DNA of 64,000 nucleotides from Azolla caroliniana (Eukaryota; Plantae; Polypodiophyta): NCBI GenBank assembly GCA_043228905.1, contig JBHGNT010000018.1, positions 17,608,001 to 17,672,000 of the forward strand, read 5' to 3'. Shown piece by piece: positions 12,690 to 26,400 of this stretch (position 1 is its first letter; each line of letters starts with the position of its first letter). The notes under the pieces were generated by a model. It saw only the letters and a program-made list of their open reading frames with translations, ran no database searches and was not told where the DNA came from. The position numbers and the translations under genes were made by a program.

Positions 12690-12949
12690 GTACCTTTTGA
12701 TATATATATATATAGATAGATAGATATCATATACCTTATTATATGAAATGATAACTCTTTTGTATTCATTTGCTCGAATTCTGAACTCTTTCCATTTCTA
12801 TATGAAATGAAGGAAACCTAAGGGGAGGAATTAAGTGATTCTATCATGAAGTATTATTAGAGTTTACAATCGAAGAGTGGGTGTCATATTGTAATTTGTT
12901 TTTCAAGAGATCCAACCATTGTTGCTGCGGGGCTAGGGGTTTTGCCCAT
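12690..12949 (-). pseudogene. Probable relic of the small beta-protein family (copy R2), starts MGKTPS
   Basis: ATG at 12949; 12805-12920 is a DNA paralog of 11395-11510; LKNKLQYDTHSSIVNSNN..IPPL is in register with IHNTTQSLCMVEVMNRCN..IHPL of 49056. Confidence 0.42.
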
Positions 12950-13284
12950 AAGAAAAACAGAAATAGATATAAGTCTTGCATCATTGCACGTTTACAAGAG
13001 AAAAATATCTTACAATGATAGAGACATTGTTTCAAAAGCTTGGAAAGAAAGAAATGAGGAAGAAAAAACTCTAAGTTGTGGGGTGAATCCATGCCAAATA
13101 TGTGTGTGTATTATGAATATGAGTTTGATTCTCTATGAGGATATAACATAAGCAATGGAATCATGAAAATGTGTGTATGTGTGGGTTTAGGGCTCTGAGA
13201 AAGAAGCTCCTACTTAGGTTGATCATATATCTCTTACTTACTGCTGCTGCCTTCAGACTGGGGGGCATATGGAATGCAATCTGC

Positions 13285-13569
13285 CTACTCCTCGATCGGT
13301 GACCGATCGACCACAATCTTGCCATTCTTGACACCGATATAAATGTCGGGAGAGATGTCGATCCTAGGGGTTCTAGATCCATTCACTATGATGACGATGC
13401 CGAGTTCCATCCACGAGTCCGAGTTCGGGAGCTTGATTCTCGTGCTAGACCTAGGGGCGATGCCTGTGTCTTGGCCATGGAAATTCTGCGTGTTGCCGAG
13501 GCACTTCACCTCTAGGGTGCAATGGAAATCGGAATCATTGTGTATGTTCACGGTTTGGCTATTCCCCAT
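13285..13569 (-). CDS. Small (94 aa) single-exon beta-rich protein of unknown function with N-myristoylation-type start (copy P1)
   Basis: Intact ORF ~72% aa identical to 57368-57655, shared 3' flank, CpG retained, MGNSQT fits MGxxx[S/T]. Confidence 0.85.
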   Translation of the reverse strand: MGNSQTVNIHNDSDFHCTLEVKCLGNTQNFHGQDTGIAPRSSTRIKLPNSDSWMELGIVIIVNGSRTPRIDISPDIYIGVKNGKIVVDRSPIEE

Positions 13570-13574
13570 GACCG

Positions 13575-13835
13575 TTTGCCGGTTCGGTTCGGTTCGGTCG
13601 GTTTAGCCTTGAGCTACCTTAACTCAGAACTGGTTTGATCTCGGTTTGGGATGTTGGCTCAACCCGACCAAACTGATTTGGCCCAAATTGGTTAAAGGCT
13701 TAATTGGCTTGGCTAAACTGGTTCGTAAAGGGGTTAAGGGTAACTGGTTTGGGCCCCGGTTCGGTTCAAGCTTAGAAATTCCCAAACCGGTTAAGGCTTA
13801 ACCGATTTCGTTTCTTGAAGTAAAACTGTTTAAAC
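13575..13835 (+). mobile_element. Decayed hAT-like MITE immediately upstream of P1
   Basis: cggtttagccttgagctaccttaac matches 3380-3405; many AACCG/CGGTT motifs; absent upstream of paralog P2. Confidence 0.55.
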
Positions 13836-14594
13836 ACGAAAGAAGACAGAAATTGATTGATCTCTCAAAAATAGAGGCGGATCCATACCTGATGATGGCT
13901 CAAGAAAACATGGGATTTTGTTGAAGGCTGGATGTGAAAGAGAAGGAGAGATGTGTTCTTTTTGCTGTGTTTTTGAAGTGTTAAATCTCTTAAGTTTTTC
14001 CACATGTTTTAGGAAGGTATTGCACCTACATCTTCCAAAACACTGTGGACCTACATGTATGTATATGAGGAAACGTGTCTGTCCCACACAGAGCACACAC
14101 GCTTTTGCAAACAGACCCAAGTTTCCATGGCCTACCTTCTTCTCTGTTGCCATCGTCTTTATCCCTCTCTCTAAACTAATATTTTTCTGTGGCCATGGAT
14201 AGATATGGGAAGAGAAGTCCAAATGGCTGATGATGATGATGATGGGTCCGACCATGGATTCTTCTTCAGATCCTCACTGGTTGGTCTCTGTCTCCCTGTC
14301 TGTGTCTCTCTGGGCTTTCTCTTTCTCTTGTCTGATTCACTAACACTTTTAAATTTTAAGCAAAACCGAATTTTTGTTTATTGTCGCGATGCCCCTAGGA
14401 TTTGCTTTATTTCCACAAAAATGCCCCTCTCTATATATCTCTCTCTCTCTCTCTCTACCTACCTATTTATCTATCTATTTACCACTAGGGTAAGTTGTTC
14501 AGACTATTACCCCCCTACGTCTTGGGTTCGAAACCTAATTTTTTCTACCTCTCTCCCTTTTGATCTCATAGATCATATTTGACCTTCTAACACA

Positions 14595-14651
<57 letters not shown>

Positions 14652-15188
14652 AAAACACACACACGATTATATTAGATTGGGCATAAATCTGCCCTTACAA
14701 CTTCTTCGCATTTCACGTGTTATTTGCATGTAATGCAAGAAACAATCCCCCACGTGTTCCAATCAAATGAAAATAGAGTAAGCATTTTTTCTTTAGAGAA
14801 CACACTTCAATTTTTGACTTTTTTTTATAGAATCTTGCAAGTATGCAACATTTCGCATAGTGTTGAAAGTATATTGTCTCTTTCTTGTATGTATGTATGT
14901 ATGTATGTATGTATGTATGTATGTATGTACGTACGTATCCATACGTAGATATGTTAGGGTTTATATAGAATGTGTTGTCTCCTCCATTGTGTGTGAGATT
15001 ACTAATATCTTTGACATTTTCAACACGCTCATCTTGCCTATTCCAATACATGAAAGAGAGGGAGTGCATTATTGTTTTCATAATGGCACGACTAATTATA
15101 TAAGGCAAAAATTATATTGTGAAAATTGTTCAAGAAAATCAACCAAACACTCTACAAAAATTATGCACGACACACACAAAATGTTTAT

Positions 15189-17190
15189 TGTGGAATACCC
15201 TCTAGGAGGTAAAAACCATAAGACCTAGTCCAAAATAATTTAAAGAGGAAGGTAAATTTTCCTCTAGCAAATTAAACCCACCTAAAAAGACACAAAAACC
15301 ACCAAAGACTCACAGCATATGGAGGTGATGATGTCCAAAATGTCCACATTTTATCGTACACTCAAAAATGTTAATGGAAAAGGCCACAAAGAAGAGTATA
15401 AACGAAGGTCTCTTAAACCACTAATGGAGAAGGCCATGGAGATGAAGAAGAAGAGGGAAAAGAAGAGAAGAGAAGAGAAGAAAAAGTGGACAACTCTTTA
15501 GGACACTTGTAATTAATAGAAAGGGCACTTTGCCCTAGATAAGTTGGTATTTAAACCAACCTTTTATAACTTAGTTACTATTTGGATGTAATATACAGTT
15601 TCTGTTCAGAGCTCTCTCTCTCTCTCTTTGTGTTTGTCACACACACACACTCATCTTCTGTTGCACAACACCACCTACAACTCCATTTCTTTACATGGTA
15701 TTAGAGCGTGTTGTAGCTTAATCCAAGTCCATCGCCTTCATGTGTGTTGTGTTTAAGCCTACGTTCACGAAAAACCATTCAACAACAAAGGAGAAATCGA
15801 CAATGAACACTCAGATGGGAAGCGGTCTTCCTATCGAGAAGCTTGATCGAACAAACTTCGCATATTGGGAGTACAAGATGCACCAATACCTTGTCGGCCA
15901 AGGTTATTGGAGCTATATTGATGGTGCCCACGAAACGCAACCCAACCCGACACACGCCGACTATCCCGCTTGGGAGCAGGCTTGCATCATGCGTACACGA
16001 TCATATGCTCGGCTATATTCGCGAGGCGAAAACGCCGAAAGAAGCTTGGGGCAATCTCAAGAAGATTTTCGCGGCCAATACGGCTACACGAAAGCTCCAC
16101 GTCAAAAGGAGCTGAACAACATGCAACAAAAGGATATGTCGATCACCAGCTACACCTTGAAAATCAAGGAGTTGTGTGATGCCCTTGATCAATTAATGTC
16201 ATCATCGATGATGAAGAAATGGTGTAGATATTACTCGAAGGCTTGGCACCTTGATTCGGCTCAATAAGATCGGCCATCCTTGCGAGGGAGAACCCTCCCA
16301 CCTTTTTCGATCTTCAATCGATATTGTTGGTAGAAGAAAATCATGTTTGACAAAGTAACAACTCGCATGATGGTCAGATGCTCTACTCGAACCTTGATGG
16401 AGGAAGAGGACAAGGTCGAGGAAATGGAGGCCGTTTCAGACGAGGCCGACACGGTAGGTCAAACCAAGAGCGTAACTAGTGCCAATGGCAAGAGGACAAG
16501 AATAGTCCCAGAGAGTTTGAAAGAAGGGGGAGTCATTATCCTGGACCAAGCAATTGTAACATCCCAATAAAATGCGGGTACTATGGAAAACTCAGCCACT
16601 ATGAAGAAGAGTGCCAAAAGAAGAAGCGAGAGATGGCATCGACCAGTCGACAACTTACAAACTACGCTTCGAATTTCGACTATGATGATCGTGGCAAAAT
16701 GTTTATGATGAGGCACAAACCACATTGGATGTCGACACAAGGTGAGACAAGCACCTCAACCTCAGATAACGTATGGTTTGTTGACTCGGGAGCGTCCAAT
16801 CCCAATCAAATGCGGGTACTATGGAAAACTCAGCCTCTATGAAGAAGAGTGCCAAAAGAAGAAGCGAGAGATGGCATTGACCAGTCGACAACTTACAAAC
16901 TACGCTTCGAATTCCGACTATGATGATCGTGGCAAAATGTTTATGATGAGGCACAAACCACATTGGATGTCGACACAAGGTGAGACAAGCACCTCAACCT
17001 CAGATAACGTATGGTTTGTTGACTCGGGAGCGTCCAATCATATGACGTCTCATGAGGATTGGTTCCGAGAATTACGAAAGCCCGATCGGCCCGGCTATGT
17101 CGAAATAGGAGATGACACAACTCACTCGATTCGGCATATTGGAAATGTCCCTTTTGGGAACGACAATAAACAAACCTATCAGAAAAACGT
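15189..17190 (+). mobile_element. Ty1/copia 5' part: LTR (start uncertain, end 15695), iMet PBS, gag-zinc knuckle-protease, truncated by G2
   Basis: TTTACA|TGGTATTAGAGC at 15696-15707; IEKLDRTNF gag start; CGYYGKLSHYEEEC; WFVDSGASNHMT. Confidence 0.88.
16561..17039 (+). repeat. 238-bp tandem duplication of the zinc knuckle to protease start
   Basis: atcccaat.aaatgcggg at 16561 and 16799, near-identical copies. Confidence 0.92.
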
Positions 17191-20100
17191 TGTCGTAGTG
17201 TAGTCCGCACACTACGTGAAAAATGTAAAAATAATATATCCGATTTAAGTACATATATATAAATAAAAGAAAATATTAAAATATTTATTACATGCATAGG
17301 GCAAGATTCAAACCCTATACCTCCATGTAAATAAACCAAAACTTTACCATTGTATTAACTTATCATAAGTGTTATAAATATAGATTTAATAGGTATAAGA
17401 CTTTTATTTATGCCTACCTTTATTAAAAGGTAAATCATGCATTTTTAGAGTGCATGAATACTTTATTTACAAGAAAAATATAAACCAATAAAAAAATACT
17501 CGTGCATATCTACCGTGCATGAGCACTATATTTAGGAAATAAAAGCATAGTGAAAAAAGCAACTCATGCACATTTAGTGTGCATGAACACTTTAGAAAAA
17601 GTAAGAAGCTACGCTTAGTCTCTCCCATCCTTATATAAGGAGGAGAGAAAGATGTGTATGGTTGTTGATTATTTTGTAAGGATTGACCAATATAATATAT
17701 TCGTGGGATTCACGAATTTGTCATCTAAATTGTCTCTTACTATCAAAATATTGATTAAATACACTAAACTCGTGGGATTCACGAGATTCATAACTTACCT
17801 CTCTTTCTACCTATTCATTACTAGCCTTATCTCATATTCTTCTTTCTCCTAGTCCAAAACCTAAGTGGTTCCCACTCGATTCACGCAATGATCCGGAGCC
17901 GAAAGGCACCACACAAGTGGTGAACCTGATGTGAAACCGGGTGGCAAGGAGATGGAAATTCAACCAGAGGCTAACAACATGATGGCGATGTTCCAGTGGA
18001 TGCTATAAGTACAATGCGTGATGTCGAAGATTGCGGCGGCAGTAGAGCGGCTCGTGCAACAGAACGGGCAATTCAATGGGAAAGATGTGTCGCGGTATTT
18101 GCGAGATTACAAGGCAGAAATGCTACGATGCGGAATTTCGGAAGGATTACAAGTGACATCCTTCAACCGGGTGGCGACCGACGGTCTTCAAGGGAGTATC
18201 CACGAGATACGACAACAGAATCCGACATGGGAAGCATTTGAAGAGGCCCTAAAGACCACGTTCGCCATCGAGGACTCCTCCAAGGCAATGAGGAGAAGAT
18301 TCAAAGATTGGGTGGAAATGCCGGACAAGGGGATGAAGGTCCTTGATGTGTTTTCGGCATTCGAAAGTCGGTTCGAGAGGTTGTCCGCGAGAGATCAAGC
18401 TATCCTCGCACCGGACAAAGTGATCATGTTCCTATGAGCCATGGACGTCCGGGACCGGAAAGACCTTGGAGTGCTTCTAGAGGACACGACCACTGAGAGT
18501 GGCCTCACCGATGCATGGTATAACATGCGAGATATCGTCGCACGATACACAAAGAGGGCGCAATGGCTTGCTAACGAAGAAAAGAGGGTTTCGGAACCGA
18601 TTCCGAAACCGAGATCCGGATTGGAAGACCATCAACCGTGGGCTCGGAAGACTACGATCGAGAAGGGAATCGACGCAACCACGGTGGAGCAGTTGTTGAA
18701 GGAGATGGAGAATCTAAAAATCGCGATGGTGAAGAAGTTGGATGACCATCCCACAAGTTCCAAGTATATGGACCGTCGGTGTATATGGTGTGATAGCATC
18801 GAACATGATCGAAGGGATTGCGATGCGCACAAGGAGGCGTTATGACGAGATCTTACCTACTATGAGGGAAATCAGATTCATTCGATGGACTCTCGGAAGC
18901 CACTCTGACTGAACTTTCGGAAAGGCGGCATGAAGAAGGTCCTAGAGGAGGAAATAGCGGTGAAAGGTAATTATGCGACAACCGGGGGAATAAGTGTGGG
19001 TGAGTCATCGGGAGCAAAGGCGTCCTTTTGGCCAGATGTGCTAGAAAACCCCGACAAAACCGACTCCAATGAGATCCGAAGCACCGCGGAAGGCATCCAT
19101 GAAGCTACGGGATAGGAGTGCCCCGTCGATAAGAATAGCGTGTACGCCTTATGTCAATTGCATGAAGTGTATATAGACGAGAAATGACGGCGCACGGATG
19201 ATGTAGCTGGACCATCGAAGACATCGGAAAGCTGGAACTCCGGAGGGAAGGGAAAAGAAAAGACGATTCCGGCATTCAAGCTCGCCTCGGACATTGAACA
19301 ACACACGGACTTGAAAAAGGTGTTCGAGGAGAGAATCCTCGATAGCCGGTTAGAATTTTCACTTCGGGAATTACTCGGAATAGCGAAGAAGGAGTTCCAT
19401 GATCTTCTTGTCGATCTCGTGAAGAGAAAAAGACAAAGTACAGAGGAAAATGCTCTACGGATGAATGCAAATACTGTTTAAATGAATGACACCGAATTGG
19501 AGGACGAAATTCCGAACTCCCACTACACGAGGCCACATTTGGCACGTGCAACTACGGAGACCTCGGTCCGAATCGGCAACATCAAAGAGCCCGTGCTAGC
19601 ATTGATTGATCACGGATCGGAGATAAACTTGATGTCCAAGGAGTTCTACCGGAAGGGGAAGTGGCCTATTAACACTAATCATGGATGGAAGATCCAGGCA
19701 TCCACTAAAGCAACAGAAGACCTATTTGCGGCTTGTCCGGATGTGACGGTGACGATCGGAGATGTGGAGATAGACCAAAATTTCTTCGTGCAATATGAGG
19801 TCTCACACTCCGTGATCCTCGGGCAACCCTTTATCACGACATCACGGATGGAGACGAAGGTGCTCGATAGCAATGCGGCTTTCACATGAATTCAGAGTCA
19901 AAGCAGACAGAAATCTGTCCAATTCCTAACTATGCCTGCGAATCATGAAAGGAACAAGAGGGAGCCGTCCCAAATAAAGATGGATTTTTAGAGTGGACTG
20001 TTGTGGAGTGGGGAAGTGATAGTCCAAGAAGCCCTGATACCCCACACAGGAAGAAAACTCTCGGAGCAAAACAAGTACAAATCGGTCCGGATGGGGCATC

Positions 20101-22064
20101 TATGTACACGGCCGTAACCGGAGGAATGAAGAAAGAATACCGAAAAGTAGAGGATAAGTTACGGTCGGCATCAATAATAAAAGAAGACGAAGAAATCGTG
20201 GGAGTAGTCGAAGAAGTGTTCTATGGGAGCACGCTACAACGGCTTGAAGAGCTTGCGAAAGAAAATAGCCAGGGAGACCCGGTAGTTCCGGTGGAATCGG
20301 TCGAGATGTACGAGATCATTGCGAAAATGGGGCCGGATGCACTCCGCAAAGAAGAAACAATGGTAAGTACGAAATACAAGACCGTGGAGAAGAAAGTGAA
20401 ATCGGCCGCAGAACCGCTACTCGCCGATACTGAACAAAAGAGGAAAGAAGACTCGGGAGATCCGACACTTCGAAAGTCCGTGGATATCGGACATGCCTTC
20501 ACGGATGAGACCCGGAAAAAACTTTGGATCAGTGGAGGTGGTTTCCTCTTACAAAAAGAAGAAGAACAGTTTCGTGAGATGTTGGAACAACATGGAAAAG
20601 CATTTGCATTCACATCGAAGGAGATAGGGTGCGTTGATTCGAAGATAGTAGAGCCGATGGTGATCTTCACAATTGATCATGTGTTGTGGAACCTGAAGCC
20701 GATTCCGGTGCCATAGGCACATATTCCGAAATTCATCGACTTGCTCAAGGAGAAGGTGGCGATGGGGATTCTAGAGCCATTAAATGCTCCGTACTCAAAT
20801 CGATGGTTTACGATTCCGAAGAAGAATGGGTCACTCCGGTTTATTTAAGACTTGCAACCGGTGAACAAGGTCACGATCTGGAACTCCAGAGTCGGTTCGA
20901 TAGTGGACGAATTTGCGGAAGCATTTGCCAAACACGCGATATACTCCATTAGAGACCTATACTCCGGGTATGACCAATGCCAACTAGCCTTGGAGAGCCG
21001 AGACATCACTACCATGCACACTACCACCAGGTGCAACAAACTCGGTCACACATATGATGAATGCAATGAACAAGGTGCTTCGAGATTGCATTCCGGAGAT
21101 AACGATGTCGTTCCTAGATGACATTCCGATGAAAGGATGAGTGGTGGAAGAAAAAGATGAAACTATGGATGATTGGGGATGCCGACAGTTCGTAGTCGAC
21201 CATACTCGCGATTGCGAGAAAGTGCTACGAAAGTTAGAAGATGTGCACCTAACACTTTCCGGAGAGAAATCGACATTCAAACAAGAAGAAATATTGGTAG
21301 TCGGACATCTATGTGGGCCCTACGGCCGAAGATCGTCACCAACCAAGATTGATGCGATTCAAGTTATGGAAGAAGTATGCAAGTAACAATCCGAAGTCCG
21401 AAGGTTTCTTGGAGCATGTGCATTCTATCACATATGGATTCCACACTATGCACATATTGCGGACCCACTCTATCACTTGTTGCGGAAGGGTAAGAAGTTC
21501 GAATGGACACCAGAACATACCAAAGCCATGAAGAAGCTTAAGAAAAAACTACGGAGGGCAGAATCACTTAAGAAGCCGAGCTATGACCGACCGATCATAG
21601 TAACGGTTTACACAAGTCCAACCGGAATCGGATGGGTAATCAATCAAGCCGACTCAGATGGTTCGCGATATCCGATCCGATTCGGACAAAATGTTCTCAA
21701 CGAAAGGCAACGCGGGTATGCACAAGTCAAAAGAGAATTATGGGGAGTCGTGTTGGCAATCAAATCGGATCGAGATTATTTGATTGGAGCTGAAGTAGTG
21801 ATCGAAACGGATTGTCTTCCGATACTCGGGATGATGCGGTGTTGTACTATACCGAATGTGGCTATGCTAAGGTGGATTGCATATGTTAAGTCACTTAATC
21901 CGAAGGTACGATACATCTCCTGAAAAGACAACGCGGTAGCGGATATGCTATCAAGGGCGCGGTTCGGAGATGACATAACAAAAGCCGATAAGGAAGAAGT
22001 TTCCGAAGACTACTTTGCTTTGGAGCACATATGCCGGGTGAACGTAATCTGAGAATTCCGGGAA
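17191..22064 (+). mobile_element. Ty3/gypsy G2: 5' LTR 17191-17913, Trp PBS 17918-17934, gag-PR, RT-RH; 3'-truncated by the Sola-like element
   Basis: ACGT|TGTCGT left junction; ORFs 18018, 18441, 19482 (IDHGSEIN), 20003, 20852 (DLYSGY), FLDD at ~21110, 21477 (RNaseH). Confidence 0.92.
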
Positions 22065-23430
22065 GGGGTTGAAGCACGCTACGGTGTACCAAAAAAGTAT
22101 TGTTTTTGGCCAAAAAAAACACGAGTACTATTAGTATTGAGTTATTTAAAAAAAATAAAAAATAATTAAAATCTTTTTAGGGAGTGGTGTACGTTGCATT
22201 AAAGTTAGGGAATGGGTGGGGGGACAATTGTTGCGTATTTAGGATTGTTTTGGGGGCTATTTCCCCCTCATGTTTAATTTAGAACACCAAATTAAATCCT
22301 TTTGGCGCTTCTCCTCTTCCGCCTTCCAACTGAGACAACGCAGGTCTTCACAACGCACTCTGGTCTTTCGCCTTCCAACTCAGGTCTTCACTGCGCTCTC
22401 TGGTCTTCCGCCTTCCAACTCAGGTCTTCACAGCGCACTCGAAACCCGATTTGTTGTTCTCTTCGTCACTCGTCTTCCCCATCTTCTCCTTCCATCGGTA
22501 TGTCTTCTCCATCTTCTCTTTCACTTGGTATGTCTGCGCCTATTTCTTTAAAGTGGTTATTTCTATACAATACTGTTAATTGAACGTATACTCTAGCAAT
22601 CTTAAATTGGCACGTATGAAGATTAATGTTGAATAGGAATCTTAAAATAATGTAAACATGACATGATAACATGAATCTAAAATATTTACACCAACCAAGT
22701 GGTTAGAACCTGCATATTTGGAGTCTTTAATGTTCTGACCAATGGTTTCAACCAAGTGTGTCTGGTCATTTTACTGATCATTGTGGATGTTTTAATGATA
22801 TAATGGATTGGCAACATCCAGGCTGGGCTTGTAAAATGACCAGCCAGGAGCAGCAAAATATACAGTTTGAGTTGACATAAGCTATTCATCATGGAAAACG
22901 CTAAACATAAATTGTTTTTGTATGTTCTGGCAATCTTCAGGGGAGTCTTAAATTGATCCATGTTAAGGTTTTATATGGGTTGAAACATTTAACATGAATA
23001 CCAATATGTTAATAAGGCTTGATAAACGGTTTGAAGAATCAGCTGATTTAAATTTCATTGATGGGGGCGTTTTTTATGGAAAAAGCAAATGAATAGTGTT
23101 TGTGTTATGAACTCATGCATAACATGAGTTATGTTATACTTATCTTAGTCTTAAAATCTAGTTAAGAAGACTTCATGATGTAAATAGTTTGCATGCATCT
23201 CATCATCTTGTGAGTCATAAAACTTATGTATTTCAAACAACAAGTTTATTGTTGCAATTATTTCTTAAAAGTTAATTGTTTTGGAAAAGGAATATATGAC
23301 TATGGCAAACTCTCAAATGTTTATCCGATTTTCGGTTGATGTTTATGCTATGGGGTATTAACGATGTTTAGTTTATGATGTATTAAGGACTTATTCTGAT
23401 TAATTAGATGCTGAAATAACAAGAAATTAG

Positions 23431-26400
23431 GTGCTGGAATATATGAGAGTGACAATGGTCGTCAATGAGGAGAGCGAGGTGTCCCTTAGCAAATCTATAT
23501 CTGAGAGGAGCATGAGACGGTTGGTTCTTCACATAATCTATTATTTACTAGAAGTAATTGAGAGATTTAGCTTGGAGGATCGTAGGGATATTATCTCTAG
23601 AGTGTTGCACCATCAACTTTTGAATGAAGACATGGAGAATATTAAGTTTAGGGACCAATGTGTTTAAGAGGAAATTGTAGAGTGTATGAAGTCATCCCTA
23701 CACTTAGTGAAAGGGGTAGAGAGCATAGATAAGCTTGGTGCAAAGAGAGTAGCCCTTCACATGGTTGTAAATGGTACAACTAAAAACAATATAGTGATAC
23801 TAAAGTTGCCTTAGCACTTGGTATCCAAAGAAGGAACTTGAGGAAACATCAGACAAATATACAATCAAATCAATTTAAGTGGTTGGGGTTAGGCCGTAGA
23901 CGACGATGTGATGCATTGTCTCATGAGATTATTGAGGAAGTGGGTTCTTTTTGGGCAAAACACACACGTGTCTCACCGAATAAAAAAGATGTATGTAGAC
24001 AACGTATAAGTCGGGGTAGGTACCAGATTCACCCAAAACACTTCTTGGAGATGACTGAGGTAATTCAATTTTTTATCTATTTGGTTTTAAATATTTTGTT
24101 GTTTACTAAATGCTTCTATTAATGTTGTCTATTTATTGAGTGATGTAGGCTGAATTGTTCATGAACTTCAAAGACCAACATCCTATCATCAATCTTGGAT
24201 TTCGCAAGTTCCAAGGTTTGAAACCATTTTTTGTTAGAAAGTTAAAGGAGAGGAACAATGTTGTTGTGTGTACCACATTAAAATGAACATGTTAAGGCTT
24301 GGCGTGAACAATATGCGTATTGATTCTAAGGGTATACACGAGGATGGGTGTGTTTGCACTTGTGAGGTATGTAGACCAAATGGGAGTGGTAATAGATGTA
24401 ATGTGCGAAACATGACTTATGTAACAATTTCTGAGTTACGGAGGTCTTTTGTTTGTGAAAAACAACCATAATCTGAGTGGCATAATCGTACATGTCTTGT
24501 CAGAACATGTAAGGTTTGCCCACAACCGTTATTTTGTAGGAAGGAGGTTGACGTGGATAACTGTCATATTGTAAAATGGAAATATTTAGAGTATGTGATA
24601 GAAAATATAGGTAAGGGTCTTGTTAGTAAGCGTATCAAGGAAGTATATAAGGAGACATGTGTTGCTACCCTTGTCTCAGAGTTTAAGAAGCAATTCGGGG
24701 AGTTCATTCCACATAACTTTAGGAGTTATTGGCAAAATTCACAGTTCAAGGAATGTATAAATAACTTACCACCAAATGTTATGGTATCTATTATTGACTT
24801 TGCAGAGAACTATACCTTTAAAGTTCAAAATGAGGTTCAGTCAATGCATTGGTACAATGACCAATGTACAATACTTGTACATATTTGCTACTGGAGAAAA
24901 GATGGCGAGTTACATAAGAAAGCAATATTCTATATTTTAGATGATAAAAAGCATGATACGCTATTTGTTCAGCACTGTTTTAAGCTTCACCACGCAGATT
25001 TATTGTCCTTGGGTGTTAACTTTTACTGCCATTGGGTCTGGTCTGATGGCGGCTCGGTCCTTCTACTTCATTGCAAGGTAAGGAAATAATCCATATGATT
25101 GGTATTTATAACTGGAAGTCTATTTTGGTAATACTTCATAGTACATCATCTATTGCTTGAGTTTCCTAATAGTACAAATATTATATGAATAATCATAAAA
25201 AATGTTTGTATAAAATACATATGAGTAATTCTCCTACTACATGCACCGGTACTATCTTGAAATGTTTGTATTGACTTGAAATGTTTGTACTAATTATGGT
25301 GTAAGTGTTGTATGTATGGTTCAAAACCTTGAAAAGTATCCTTATTTTACAACTTAGTAGTATCATCCCACATGCACAAGTACTGACTACAGTTCAACGC
25401 CTTGTAAAGTACCCTTATTTTACAACTTAGTACTATCATCCCACATGCACAAGTATTGACTATGTTTTACAACTTAATACTCAGATCCCGCATTCACAAG
25501 TACTAATTGATAACTTTGTGGTGTCATCCCACATGCAGGAGTACTAATTTGTAACTTAGCACTGTCCTCTGTCGTGCATTAGTACTAATGAATAGCTTAG
25601 TACTATCTTCTTTTGGTCATTACTACTCATTTATAACTTTGTTCATTAGTACTAATTAGGATGGGTCTCTCTAGTGCATTAGTACTAAATAATAACTTAG
25701 TACTGTCCAACTTTGTTCATTAACACAAGTTTATAACTTATGATTGTCCAACTTTGTTCATTACTACTAATTACTAACTTAGTACTGTCCAACTTTGTTC
25801 ATTAAGACCAAGTTATAACTTAGGACTGTCCTCTCTCATGCATTAGTACTAATCAATAGCTTTGTACTATCCTCTCTCATGCATTAGTACTAATCAATAG
25901 CTTGGTACTATCCTCTCTCGTTCATTTCTTTTAATTTATAACTTAGTATTGTCCTCTCTCGTTCATTTCTTTTAATTTATAACTTGGTATTGTCCTCTCT
26001 CATTCATTTCTTTTAATTTATAACTTAGTATTGTCCTCTCTCATGCATTAGTGGAAATTTTGGTTTAAGTCATGTTAAGAGATGTAAGCTCCAGTAATGC
26101 ACTAACTCTGTTTGTTGGCTAACTGTCATGCAAAACACCCAGATACTTCTCATTGACAAACATTAGGATGCAATGGAACTACATCGGGTCTGGACATGGA
26201 AAAGGAGAGCACGATGGCGCAAGGGCTGTGATCAAGCGTGCTCTTACAAGTGAACAGTTGGATAATAAAGGTGCAAAGTTACAAAATGCACATGATGTTG
26301 TGGAGTGGCTAACATGGAAGATGTTAGATGATGGTAAGAATAGATTGTTTATTGAGGTTGGTGCTAATGAGGTGGATAGAAGTAAATCGTATGGTTGTAA

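Noticed and set aside
12100-14540. tRNA genes at ~12105 and ~14485
   Set aside because: Only partial A/B-box-like words and no cloverleaf; at most SINE relics
13830-15501. ORFs of 60-141 aa in this interval
   Set aside because: Built from microsatellite or low-complexity sequence, with no motifs or paralog support
25240-26060. CRISPR-like array
   Set aside because: Degenerate tandem units without unique constant-length spacers, no cas genes, eukaryotic intron context
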